Below are positions 48,225 to 57,569 of a stretch of 64,000 nt of DNA, in pieces; position 1 is the stretch's first letter, and the number at the start of each line of letters is the position of its first letter. The stretch comes from Bacteroidales bacterium. GTDB lineage: Bacteria; Bacteroidota; Bacteroidia; Bacteroidales; FEN-979. The stretch lies in assembly GCA_038212325.1 (NCBI GenBank), contig JBBQUQ010000002.1:1961-65960 (forward strand). Direction: 5' to 3'. Below the pieces are notes generated by a model that ran no database searches, had not been told where the DNA came from, and was given only the letters and a program-made list of their open reading frames with translations. A program made the position numbers and the translations under genes.

Positions 48225-48362
48225 TACACATTTTTCCATGTTGAACAACAGGAGGATACTCCTATCGGATTCGGAATAACAATTACCAGTCTGGCCCTTG
48301 CGCTCCAAAAACCAAAGTATATTCACGCCGGGATTAAAACTGCACGGACCCATCCCCAACTG
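48225..48362 (+). pseudogene. remnant of a third GNAT-like paralog (internal deletion, no start codon)
   Basis: This frame reads YTFFHVEQQEDTPIGFGITITSLALALQKPKYIHAGIKTARTHPQL. Paralog 2 reads ...DDVVGFGITMPSLSIALQKAKG[47 aa]YMKAGIKIARTHPQLEDN. A stop codon lies immediately upstream, and the motif-A segment is missing. Confidence 0.65.
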
Positions 48363-48394
48363 AAAAAAAAGGAGGCTGACCTTGGGTCGCCTCC
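48363..48394 (-). terminator. intrinsic terminator of the susC/susD operon
   Basis: The minus strand reads GGAGGCGAC-CCAAG-GTCAGCCTCC followed by T8, 22 nt after the susD stop. Confidence 0.75.
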
Positions 48395-48415
48395 TTTGTA
48401 CGATAAGAGATAAGA

Positions 48416-49864
48416 TTAATTTTTATCCCAGAAAAGTTTAGTTGTAACTACATCACCACCAATTGCCGCAGCAGCAGCGGCACGATTGGCACCATTTAAG
48501 GTTTGTTCTACCGTTGGAAAGGTCAAACGTGAAGGAAGAGGGCTATCTGCATCAGGAGGAGCAACCAATAGAGGATAGTCCAGCATTCTGAAAGCGGTCC
48601 AGGCTTCAAACCCACGGTTATATAATGCAATCCATTTTTGTTCTCCGATTTTTTGTTTCCATGGTTTTGCCGAGGAATAGGCTACGCTTGGCTGATCAAG
48701 ATATGCTGTTGCTTCAGCCTCCGTTCCACCCCAATAGGCGATCGAAGCCCTGATTGCTTTGTTATAATGTTCTTCGGCAGTACCACCAACGTTAAAACCT
48801 CTTTCACCGCCTTCAGCTAATAAAAACTCAGCCTCAGCAGCATCAAAAAACAACATTTCGAAAGTCGGTGTCAGAATCGGAGCGGCAACATGAGAAAAGT
48901 TCGCGAAATTATTGGATGTACCATAGGTTCCGCCAACATAAGCCATTTTTGGAGTTCCGGTCGTAGATGTATCAATTTCTGTGTAATACAACGGCCGCCT
49001 TGGATCGTTCAATGCATTCATCATGTCGACAAGTGTATTGGCTGGAACAAAATCATCCCGGCCGCTTGCTACCAGATTTTCATTGATCGGGTTGGTATTT
49101 GGCTGGGCATCCAGATAGGTAACACTTGCATTGTCAGTATTTGACAAAATGATGTTTGCAGCAGCTGCTTCAACCGTGGTTTTCGCCAGTGGGTTATCGA
49201 CATCAGCCAGAAGCATGCCCATCCTTAATTTGAGTGAATTGGCAAATTTAAACCACTTGTCAACATCTCCGCCATTCATAAGGTCGGTACTGCCAAAGCT
49301 GCCGGCTCCTTTGTCCATCTTTGCAATGGCTGCGTTCAGTCGGGTGATCAGATCCTTATAAACGGTAAGACCGTCATCATAATTCGGCAGGACGATTGTT
49401 GCAACCATCGCTTCGGAGTATGGAATATTGCCAAATGATTCAACAAGTACACTGTAGGTATAAACTGTCATCACTTCAATAATGGCAAGTTTATTGGTTA
49501 AAACAGCAGGGGCATCACCAGGTAAATTGCCCGAAGCCGCGAGCACTTTTGACGATTCATCAAGTCCCTTCAGTACATTCACATAAAGCTGGTTCCAATG
49601 GTTGCCCGGAATGGGGCGTGTCGTAATGTCGTAATTACTTTCGTCGATATAGGTTGTTTCAGTCCAGTATTGAGCAAACAGCCGCCATATATTTCTGTTA
49701 ACGTTCGGAGTCACCATCTGGTCTGCAAGATACTTCTGAGCTCCGGTGAACAATGATTCACCCGGCACAGCGGTAGGATCTTTGATGTTTTCATTTAAAT
49801 CTTCAAGTTTCGTACAGGACGAAAACATTAAGAAGACAAGGAAAAATGCAAATATATTTTTCAT
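48416..49864 (-). CDS. SusD/RagB-family nutrient-binding outer-membrane lipoprotein
   Basis: Lipobox (MFSSC). It lies directly downstream of a SusC-type gene, with an all-helical TPR-like composition typical of SusD-like proteins. Confidence 0.88.
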   Translation of the reverse strand: MKNIFAFFLVFLMFSSCTKLEDLNENIKDPTAVPGESLFTGAQKYLADQMVTPNVNRNIWRLFAQYWTETTYIDESNYDITTRPIPGNHWNQLYVNVLKGLDESSKVLAASGNLPGDAPAVLTNKLAIIEVMTVYTYSVLVESFGNIPYSEAMVATIVLPNYDDGLTVYKDLITRLNAAIAKMDKGAGSFGSTDLMNGGDVDKWFKFANSLKLRMGMLLADVDNPLAKTTVEAAAANIILSNTDNASVTYLDAQPNTNPINENLVASGRDDFVPANTLVDMMNALNDPRRPLYYTEIDTSTTGTPKMAYVGGTYGTSNNFANFSHVAAPILTPTFEMLFFDAAEAEFLLAEGGERGFNVGGTAEEHYNKAIRASIAYWGGTEAEATAYLDQPSVAYSSAKPWKQKIGEQKWIALYNRGFEAWTAFRMLDYPLLVAPPDADSPLPSRLTFPTVEQTLNGANRAAAAAAIGGDVVTTKLFWDKN

Positions 49865-49874
49865 ATTTCTTAAT

Positions 49875-52800
49875 TTAGAAAGTGAGTTTTAAGTTTAAGC
49901 TAAAATCGCGCGTTGATGGCAGGGATCCTGTAGAATACCCTTGCAGGTTACCTGCTCCCAATCCTGATTCAGGATCTGCATGAGGCAGGTTTTTGAAGAT
50001 GATCCAAACGTTTGATGCAACAGCAGTGAGTGTTATGCCGGTAATAAAAGTTTTCTGCAACAAAGCGGAAGGAAGTGAATATGATAAAGATATCTGTCGC
50101 AGTTTAACATAGGTTGCATCATAAACGAAGGCTTTATTGGGAAGCCTTGCATAACCAAAAGAGCCATAATTATTGGCGGCAATTCTTGTTATGTTTTCAG
50201 TGATTGTGCCATCTGCAGCAACATTTACACCCTCATTGATAAATCCACCGCTGTTTGCAGCATAGCCAGTAGTCGGGTTTCCCACGATTTTATCCCTGAC
50301 AGGATTTCCAAGGTCATTGGTAAAGGATGTTTCTTCATACAACCCGGTTGCCAGGCCATAATACATGTCCAAAGAGAAGATATCTCCACCCATTTGAACA
50401 TCCACTAAAAATCCGAGTGCCCAATTCTTATAGGTTAAGGTATTTAAAACACCCCCATTCCAATCGGGATTTGCATTGCCGATTACCTGATCGGAGGTCG
50501 CTGTTCTGAGATACCTGCCATTTGCAGGATTAACCACCTTGCGTCCGTTATTATAAATGTAATCTGTTCCGTAAATCACACCATAGGGTTGTCCAACCAT
50601 TGCATTGATGGTAACCCCCCCCTGGAAGGATCCTAATTGCAGTGTGTTAACACCCTCCAACAGGGAAATGACTTCATTCCAGTTTTTAGACCAGTTGATA
50701 TCAATATCCCATTTGAAATTCTTGTTTTTACAAGGAGTTGCATGCAATGCCAATTCGATCCCCTTGTTTTGAAGCTCGCCAGCATTGATGATTTTAGTAA
50801 AATAGCCTGTGCTCGAAGATACCGGTAGGGGTAAAATCTGATTGATGGTATTGGTTTTATACAAAGCTAAATCAAATCCGATTCTTCTGCCTACGAAGTA
50901 CATTTCAAGACCGCCTTCAATACTCTTTGTATTTTCAGGTTTCAGATCAGGATCTTTCTTGATGGTAGAAACAGATGTGGAAAGATTGTTAAATGGTGAA
51001 TTAACAATGTAGTTGTCGACAAGTTGATCAAAACCTGCACTGTTACCAACATATGCATAATTCAACCGGAATTTTCCGAAAGACAACCATTTTGCTTCAG
51101 GCACGATATTGGAAAAGATGAAACTTCCGGCGACAGACGGATAATAATAAACATTGCTTGCTGCCGGCAGGGTTGAAGAATGATCCCGACGGACTGTACC
51201 ATCAAGGTAGAGGAAGTTTTTATAGCCAAGTGATGCACTGGCATAAATTCCGTCAACCCCGACTCTTGAAGCCAACTCCTTGGAGAGGGGCAGCGGCCCT
51301 TTACTGTTTTGCAATGAATAGAGTTCAGGTACAGCCAATCCACCGCTGGTTGAAGAGATCAACCGGTTGTAGTTTGTCCTTCTGATATTCATACCTAAAA
51401 TGGCTTTTAAGTTAAATGATTCTGAAAGATCTTTGTTGAAATTGGCCATCAGGTCATAGTTGTATTCGCTAAAGGAGATATCCCTTCTCATGTAACCTGA
51501 TTCCTGATCGCTTCTGTTCAAGCTGCCATCAGCGCCGGTACCAATTCCAAAAGCAGCTGCAATGCTGCCAATGGCTCTTCTTTCTTCCTGCAGTTCAGAG
51601 TAACTGTCAACCGAGAATCGTCCAAAGATATTCAACCAGTCAGTGATTTTATAGGTCGCTGCCATATTACCGATAAACCGGTTTCTTTTATCCGATTCGT
51701 AATTTTTATAACGTGTCCAATAGGGGTTGTCCCAGTATGCGGGCACAGCATCCAGGGGGCTTTTATAATTCCAGGTAATATTTCTGTCGGTGAGTTCGTA
51801 GAGTTCCTTCTGCTGTTGCATATCAACGTTTGTTTGAAACCATTGACGGAAAGAGCCCATGATGTTATCATTATAACCGGTTGAGTTACGCCCGGTCCCT
51901 TTATTTACGGAATAGTTTCCAAACCCGGAAACAGTTAATTTATCATTGACATTCCAGGTTGCATTCAAAGAAACATTGTTCTTGATCAATTCACTGTTGG
52001 GCATCAACCCGTTTTGCTTGTAATTGGTATAGGATAGCCTGTAATTACCTCCTGTGAATGAATTGTCAATGCCAATTGAATTGGATAAGGTCAAGGGATT
52101 TTCAAAGAAGGAAATCGGATCGTTTTTCGCAGCCTCCCAGGGCGTAGCCTTCTGGTAATTTGGCGACATCGGATCAACGGCATCCCATTGATAAACCAAC
52201 CGGCCATCAAAACGGCCTCCATAGGATGCATCTTCATACATGGGGACCCATGTCTGATCTACACCATTCACTTTGATGATATTAAAATAATCATCTTCGT
52301 TAGGACCGTAATAGCTGCCGTAACCTCCGCCGTACTCCTTTTGATATTTAACAAAGGTTTTTTTATCAACATAGCCGCGCGAAGCCGATGTGTTCAATGT
52401 GACCCCGATGCCTTTTTTTGTAGTACCACCGGCTGTTTTCGCACCCTTTTTAGTCGTGATCATGATCACCCCGTTTGCGGCCCGTGAACCATAAAGTGCA
52501 GTTGCAGCAGAACCTTTCAACACATTGACCGATTCGATGTCTTCCGGATTAATGTCAGAAGCTGCATTACCGTAGTCATAACTCTGTCCGGCCTGTTGTT
52601 GGGCACGCGAGTTGGTAACGTCATTGTTAACAGGCACACCATCAACGACAAATAACGCCTGGTTGTCGCCGGTTAATGATTTGCTGCCTCTCAGAAGGAC
52701 ATTGGTAGAGCCACCCATATTGGTCGTTGTTTTAACCTGAACCCCGGCAACCCTACCAGATAGTGAGTTGACAAAATTGTCAGTTTTAACCATGTTAAGC

Positions 52801-53189
52801 TGGTCACCTTTTACTTCCTGCGTCGCGTATCCAAGTGATTTTTTTTCACGGGGAATACCGAGCGCAGTTACAACAACGCCTTCAAGTTCCTGAATACTGG
52901 GTTGCAGAATAACATTAACAATATTATCAGCACCAAGTTTTATTTCCTGCGTAACCATTCCAACGTAGGAGACCAGTACCGCATTTTTGTCCTTTGGCAC
53001 GTTGAGGCTGAACTTGCCGTCAACATCGGTAATTGCTCCGACAGCGGTGCCTTTAACGAGAACGGTAGCACCCGGAATGCCGGCGCCGTCATCTGAACTC
53101 GTTACCTTGCCCGTAATTGTTCGCTGGGCGTTGGCAACTTGCAACCCTATGAATAGCATAAGGGCAAGGAAAATCGTAAATTTTCTCAT
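49875..53189 (-). CDS. SusC/RagA-family TonB-linked outer-membrane protein
   Basis: Signal peptide, CarboxypepD_reg (ITGKVTSSDDGAGIPGATVLVKGT...DGKFSL), a plug (VVVTALGI..EKKSLGYA) and a barrel of about 1100 aa ending ...NLKLTF. Confidence 0.93.
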   Translation of the reverse strand: MRKFTIFLALMLFIGLQVANAQRTITGKVTSSDDGAGIPGATVLVKGTAVGAITDVDGKFSLNVPKDKNAVLVSYVGMVTQEIKLGADNIVNVILQPSIQELEGVVVTALGIPREKKSLGYATQEVKGDQLNMVKTDNFVNSLSGRVAGVQVKTTTNMGGSTNVLLRGSKSLTGDNQALFVVDGVPVNNDVTNSRAQQQAGQSYDYGNAASDINPEDIESVNVLKGSAATALYGSRAANGVIMITTKKGAKTAGGTTKKGIGVTLNTSASRGYVDKKTFVKYQKEYGGGYGSYYGPNEDDYFNIIKVNGVDQTWVPMYEDASYGGRFDGRLVYQWDAVDPMSPNYQKATPWEAAKNDPISFFENPLTLSNSIGIDNSFTGGNYRLSYTNYKQNGLMPNSELIKNNVSLNATWNVNDKLTVSGFGNYSVNKGTGRNSTGYNDNIMGSFRQWFQTNVDMQQQKELYELTDRNITWNYKSPLDAVPAYWDNPYWTRYKNYESDKRNRFIGNMAATYKITDWLNIFGRFSVDSYSELQEERRAIGSIAAAFGIGTGADGSLNRSDQESGYMRRDISFSEYNYDLMANFNKDLSESFNLKAILGMNIRRTNYNRLISSTSGGLAVPELYSLQNSKGPLPLSKELASRVGVDGIYASASLGYKNFLYLDGTVRRDHSSTLPAASNVYYYPSVAGSFIFSNIVPEAKWLSFGKFRLNYAYVGNSAGFDQLVDNYIVNSPFNNLSTSVSTIKKDPDLKPENTKSIEGGLEMYFVGRRIGFDLALYKTNTINQILPLPVSSSTGYFTKIINAGELQNKGIELALHATPCKNKNFKWDIDINWSKNWNEVISLLEGVNTLQLGSFQGGVTINAMVGQPYGVIYGTDYIYNNGRKVVNPANGRYLRTATSDQVIGNANPDWNGGVLNTLTYKNWALGFLVDVQMGGDIFSLDMYYGLATGLYEETSFTNDLGNPVRDKIVGNPTTGYAANSGGFINEGVNVAADGTITENITRIAANNYGSFGYARLPNKAFVYDATYVKLRQISLSYSLPSALLQKTFITGITLTAVASNVWIIFKNLPHADPESGLGAGNLQGYSTGSLPSTRDFSLNLKLTF

Positions 53190-53470
53190 ACAGTTTGATT
53201 TTTGTTAGTAAATGTGTGAATAGTAATTGATTTAAAAAAAATTCATGATAAAATTCACTGATCTGTTAGGGTGGCTAAACAAGTATGATATGTTTAACAC
53301 ATTGCAATTTTACGTATTACTTTCTTCTAAACCAACATGGTTTTAACAAATAATTAATAATTTATTAACATAGTTTTAACTATCACAAACCTGAATTGAA
53401 GAAAACGGACGTATTACAAGTTTTCAATGAAGTACTAATGAATCTAAACTACGAGCCAACATGAAGATTA

Positions 53471-53896
53471 TCAATGCATTTTCGGATAGAAAAGTCCGAA
53501 GAGGAGAAGGACAATGATATACACTGCAGTGGACCCAATGGCCGCTGCAGGATTGACCAGCTGGTATGAAGAAATAACCAGGCATGAGAGTCCGAGCAGG
53601 TAAAAGCCCCTTTTACGCAGGTTCCAGATATATATAATGCCGGTAAATGCCAGCCCGTGAAGCGCAAAGGCTGCTCCGGAGAGAAGCATTGTTTGCGCTT
53701 TGGTATACCCGGCAGCCGGAAGGTATTGATTTGTTACATTGGAAATCGAGCCGGCATTGAATACTCCTGCTAAAAAAAGCAGGGTCAGCAATCCAAAACA
53801 CACCCATGAACCGAGGCACAGCATGGTAAGGATTACCGGCCGCGACCATGTTTTCCCGGTTTCACCGGGATCGTTCAGGTTGATCTCGTCTTCCAT
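53471..53896 (-). CDS. hypothetical small multi-pass membrane protein (paralog B)
   Basis: Four predicted TM segments. It is weakly similar to the upstream neighbour (RPxxLTxLC..., ...KxGF...). Confidence 0.5.
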   Translation of the reverse strand: MEDEINLNDPGETGKTWSRPVILTMLCLGSWVCFGLLTLLFLAGVFNAGSISNVTNQYLPAAGYTKAQTMLLSGAAFALHGLAFTGIIYIWNLRKRGFYLLGLSCLVISSYQLVNPAAAIGSTAVYIIVLLLFGLFYPKMH

Positions 53897-54444
53897 GATT
53901 CTGACATATATTTCAGGTTCATACTGTAAAGAAATATGAAGAGCCCGGAGAAAAGCATTTCAGGCAGGCCCGGTCCGGGCAAATGCATAAAGTACATGGG
54001 TGCCAGGATCAGGAGGATCTGCGATACTGTATATACATGAAAACCGGTTTTTTTCATTAGCAGCATCAGGATGGCGCCGGCAAGCGAACCAATGTACAGC
54101 AATCCGGTCACCAGAAAATACACGGGCTTCATTTCAAGCAGCAGGTCGATTCCGGGGATGTTGAATTTTGCGCTGAATGCCTGCGCAATTTCAATAAACA
54201 CATCATAAAAGCCCGCGATGACCAGGCTTGAGAACAGGTTCATCCCGCTGCCTACAAACGTAAGGATGCATAATACGGTCAGAAGTGTGGGCCGCTGCGG
54301 TTTTGTTTCCGGCAGCGGCCCCGGGGTCAGTTCGTTCAAAACAGATAGAATTTTTACTGTGAAAATCTGTGTATTTTTTTCTACGAAAATCTGTGAGAAA
54401 TATTGATCGTTATTCAAGAGACCCGACCTGTTTTTCAACTTCAT
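53875..54444 (-). CDS. hypothetical small multi-pass membrane protein (paralog A)
   Basis: Four TM segments after a soluble N-terminus of about 45 aa. The ATG at 54444 overlaps the last 35 nt of the ammonia-lyase gene, so the start is uncertain. Confidence 0.45.
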   Translation of the reverse strand: MKLKNRSGLLNNDQYFSQIFVEKNTQIFTVKILSVLNELTPGPLPETKPQRPTLLTVLCILTFVGSGMNLFSSLVIAGFYDVFIEIAQAFSAKFNIPGIDLLLEMKPVYFLVTGLLYIGSLAGAILMLLMKKTGFHVYTVSQILLILAPMYFMHLPGPGLPEMLFSGLFIFLYSMNLKYMSESWKTRST

Positions 54445-55933
54445 CGAGGATCTCGCACGATTTTACCAGTGCCTTCATGGCATTGTGATCGGGGTAAAGC
54501 GGGCGGTCAACCTCGAGGAAGTCAACATGTTTCCTGATCACCTCTTTGGCTTTCGAAACGCCTTTCCCGAAGGCATATTCCCTGAAATCGAGGGCCTGGG
54601 CGGCCGCCATGAATTCTATGCCTAAAATCCCATAAGCATTGTCAAGGATCTGGAAATTTTTCAGGGCCGTATTCATTCCCATCGAAACAAAGTCCTCCTG
54701 GTCGGCTGCGGCGGGGATCGACTGGATGGAGGCCGGGGCTGAAAGGATTCGCTGTTCGACAATTTGCATGTCGGCAGTATATTGGCTTAGCATCAGTCCG
54801 CTGAACATGCCTGCGCCCTTTGTGAGGAATGCCGGCAGCCCGACACTCAGGGCGGGGTTGTTCAGCCGGTTCATCCGGCGTTCGCTCATTACGCTCACCA
54901 TGGTAACAACGTAGCCTGCCATGTCCATTGGCACCGAAACAGGAGAGCCTTGGAAGTTGGCGCCCGACAGTTGCAGGTTTTCATCGGGGAAGAAGATCGG
55001 GTTATCGCCCACACCGTTCAACTCAATTTCAACCTGCGACCGTGCATAAGCCAACGCATCGTGTGCCGCACCGATCACCTGTGGTGTTGAACGCATCGAA
55101 TAGGCATCCTGCACCTTGCATTTTACCTTTCCTTCAACAAGATCACCTCCTGTAACGCATTTCAAAATCGCAGCAGCACTGCGCACCGCACCCTTGAACC
55201 CACGGATTTCATGAAGTTTAGGGCTGTACGGGCGCATGTTTGCCTTCATCGCTTCGAGCGACATGGATGCTGCAATTTCGGCCTGTTTCAGCCAGTTGTT
55301 GGCATCGAACAGGAAGAGGGCGCTCATGGCAGTCAATACGTTTGATCCGTTAATAGTGGCCAGGCCGTCGCGGGCCTGCAGGCCGGGAACAGGTATTCCG
55401 GCGGAGTCCAGCGCCTCTTTCCCGGGCATCAGTTTTCCCTGGTAGTAGGCTTCTCCTTCGCCCATCATCAGCAACGCGATCTGCGACATGGGGGCCAGGT
55501 CGCCGCATGCCCCTACGGAGCCTTTCTGGCATACCATCGGGGTTACCCCTTTGTTTAGCATATCAACAAGCGTTTGGGTTATTTCGAGCCGTGAACCGGA
55601 ATTGCCGTGCGCATGCACATTGATACGCCCGAGCATGGCGCCACGCACCCAGTCGATGGGCATCGGGTCGCCGATTCCTGCCGCATGGTTATATATAAGG
55701 TATTTCTGGAAATCCTTGACCTGGTCGTCATTCAATACCATTTCAGAAAACTCCCCGATCCCGGTATTCACGCCATACATGATTTCATGCGCCTGGATTT
55801 TACGCTCGAGCATGGCCCGGCATTTATGGATGCGTTCGATGGCACCATGGTCCAGTTCTACTTTCTCATTGTGGCGGGCAACTCTTACAACATCCTCGAT
55901 GGTTAAGCCTGCGCCTTTTATAATTAGTGTCAT
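54410..55933 (-). CDS. hutH: histidine ammonia-lyase-like MIO-family enzyme
   Basis: YGVNTGIGEF, NHAAGIG, GSVGACGDLAPMS (MIO region), NGS and the QEDFVSMG motif; whole-length HAL look. ATG at 55933 (the track start at 55960 is TTG). Confidence 0.82.
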   Translation of the reverse strand: MTLIIKGAGLTIEDVVRVARHNEKVELDHGAIERIHKCRAMLERKIQAHEIMYGVNTGIGEFSEMVLNDDQVKDFQKYLIYNHAAGIGDPMPIDWVRGAMLGRINVHAHGNSGSRLEITQTLVDMLNKGVTPMVCQKGSVGACGDLAPMSQIALLMMGEGEAYYQGKLMPGKEALDSAGIPVPGLQARDGLATINGSNVLTAMSALFLFDANNWLKQAEIAASMSLEAMKANMRPYSPKLHEIRGFKGAVRSAAAILKCVTGGDLVEGKVKCKVQDAYSMRSTPQVIGAAHDALAYARSQVEIELNGVGDNPIFFPDENLQLSGANFQGSPVSVPMDMAGYVVTMVSVMSERRMNRLNNPALSVGLPAFLTKGAGMFSGLMLSQYTADMQIVEQRILSAPASIQSIPAAADQEDFVSMGMNTALKNFQILDNAYGILGIEFMAAAQALDFREYAFGKGVSKAKEVIRKHVDFLEVDRPLYPDHNAMKALVKSCEILDEVEKQVGSLE

Positions 55934-56106
55934 TTTATACGATTTTTTGTTGGTGAACAATATATTAACAGGAAAGATGTGTTGGTAAAAGGCAAGCAGG
56001 ATTTCGCCATTTCACCATTTAGCTGTTTATGTTCACTCTGCCCCGATAATCATGCTGCGGGCGCTCAGAATGGCGGACGCCCAGGTTCGTTTTACGTTGT
56101 TCTTAA

Positions 56107-57501
56107 TCACGACAATAATTTTGTTATTTCATCTGCGGAGCACTTCTTTTGCTCACCCGATTGCATATCTTTGACCGTCAACAGTTTTGTTTCCATTTCA
56201 TCTTTTCCGATGAGGATTACAAAAGGAATGTTTTTCCGGTGGGCATATTCCATCTGCTTTTTTAGTTTCGCGGCATCGGGGTAAAGCTCAGATGGGATAC
56301 CCGCAAGCCGGAGGCCAGCAAGTACTTTAAGGCAATACTTTTCTTCTTCCGTTCCAAAATTAACGAACAATGCGCGGGTGGCAGCCTGGATGGTTTCAGG
56401 GAAGAGGCTGAGTTCGTTCATTACATCATAGATCCTGTCGGCGCCAAATGAGATCCCTACACCCGACATTCCGGGTAACCCGAAAATCCCGGTGAGGTCA
56501 TCATAACGTCCGCCGCCACAAATGCTGCCCATGGCCGCATCAAGGGCTTTTACCTCGATGATGGTGCCGGTATAATAGCTTAATCCGCGGGCCAGGGTAA
56601 TGTCGAAATCAAATTTATTTTTAAGGTTCAGGTCCTTAAGATGTTCAAGCACGGAACGCATCTCATCCAACCCGTTCCGGCCGATTTCAGCGTCTTTGAA
56701 CAATTCTGACAATGTTTCAAACTTCACCTTGATTTTCCCTTCCAGTGTGAGGATGGGTTGAAGCTTTTCAACGGATTCATAGGTAATTCCGCGCTGGATC
56801 AATTCATCGTTCACCTTTTCGATACCCGTTTTATCCAGTTTGTCCATGGCTACGGTGATGTCGGTCAGCTTATCCGGGGCTCCGATGGCCTCTGCAATTC
56901 CCGCGAGGATTTTGCGGTTGTTGAGGCGGATCAGTACGTTGATTCCAAGCTTGGTAAAAACCGCATCGATGATCTGCACCAGTTCTACCTCATTCAGCAG
57001 GGAGTTGCTTCCGATCACATCCACATCGCATTGAAAAAATTCACGATAGCGGCCCTTCTGCGGACGGTCGGCCCGCCATACCGGCTGTATCTGGTATCGT
57101 TTGAACGGAAAAATGAGTTCGTTCTGGTGCTGCACGACGAAACGGGCAAAAGGAACGGTAAGATCGTACCGGAGACCTTTTTCAGCAATGTGTTTGGTAA
57201 GGTACTGCAACCGGGAGCCTGCATCCCGCATGCCCGATTCCGCATCCGGAAGTCCATCGAGGTAATTGCCCGAGTTGAGGATTTTGAACAGGAGCTTATC
57301 CCCCTCTTCACCGTATTTGCCCATCAGGGTGGAGAGATTCTCCATGGCGGGGGTTTCGATGGGCTGATAACCGAAAACCTGAAATACCCGCCGGATGATA
57401 TCAAAAATATAGTTCCGACGAACCATCTCGGCGGGTGAAAAATCACGTGTTCCTTTGGGTATGGATGGTTTTTGAGCTGCCACTGAATTCTGTTTCTGCA
57501 A
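56107..57501 (-). CDS. hisS: histidine--tRNA ligase
   Basis: PKGTRDF.P, class II motifs ([10 protein letters not shown]; FFQCD.D; GGGRYD) and a C-terminal anticodon-binding domain. The start is non-ATG: TTG 57501 or GTG 57483. Confidence 0.93.
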   Translation of the reverse strand: MQKQNSVAAQKPSIPKGTRDFSPAEMVRRNYIFDIIRRVFQVFGYQPIETPAMENLSTLMGKYGEEGDKLLFKILNSGNYLDGLPDAESGMRDAGSRLQYLTKHIAEKGLRYDLTVPFARFVVQHQNELIFPFKRYQIQPVWRADRPQKGRYREFFQCDVDVIGSNSLLNEVELVQIIDAVFTKLGINVLIRLNNRKILAGIAEAIGAPDKLTDITVAMDKLDKTGIEKVNDELIQRGITYESVEKLQPILTLEGKIKVKFETLSELFKDAEIGRNGLDEMRSVLEHLKDLNLKNKFDFDITLARGLSYYTGTIIEVKALDAAMGSICGGGRYDDLTGIFGLPGMSGVGISFGADRIYDVMNELSLFPETIQAATRALFVNFGTEEEKYCLKVLAGLRLAGIPSELYPDAAKLKKQMEYAHRKNIPFVILIGKDEMETKLLTVKDMQSGEQKKCSADEITKLLS

Positions 57502-57513
57502 ACTTACGTATTA

Positions 57514-57569
57514 ATTTTGCCATTTTGCCATTTTGCTATTTTACTATTTTGCTATTTTACTATTTGTTT
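57514..57569. repeat. 8-nt tandem repeat, about 7 copies (ATTTTGCC ATTTTGCC ATTTTGCT ATTTTACT ATTTTGCT ATTTTACT ATTTGTTT)
   Basis: Read directly. It fills the spacer between the ettA stop and the hisS start. Confidence 0.9.

Noticed and set aside
48150-48359. 69-aa minus-strand ORF between the OMP gene and susD
   Set aside because: The same DNA read on the plus strand aligns with the GNAT-like paralogs, so the remnant pseudogene explains the sequence better.
54410-55933. Ammonia-lyase as the tyrosine or phenylalanine ammonia-lyase of a flexirubin-type pigment cluster, or as part of a hut operon
   Set aside because: The selectivity position carries His, as in HAL (NHAAGIG), not the His-Leu or Phe-Leu of TAL or PAL. 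No polyketide or flexirubin genes and no hutU, hutI or hutG genes lie in the window. I left it as HAL-like with an open physiological role.
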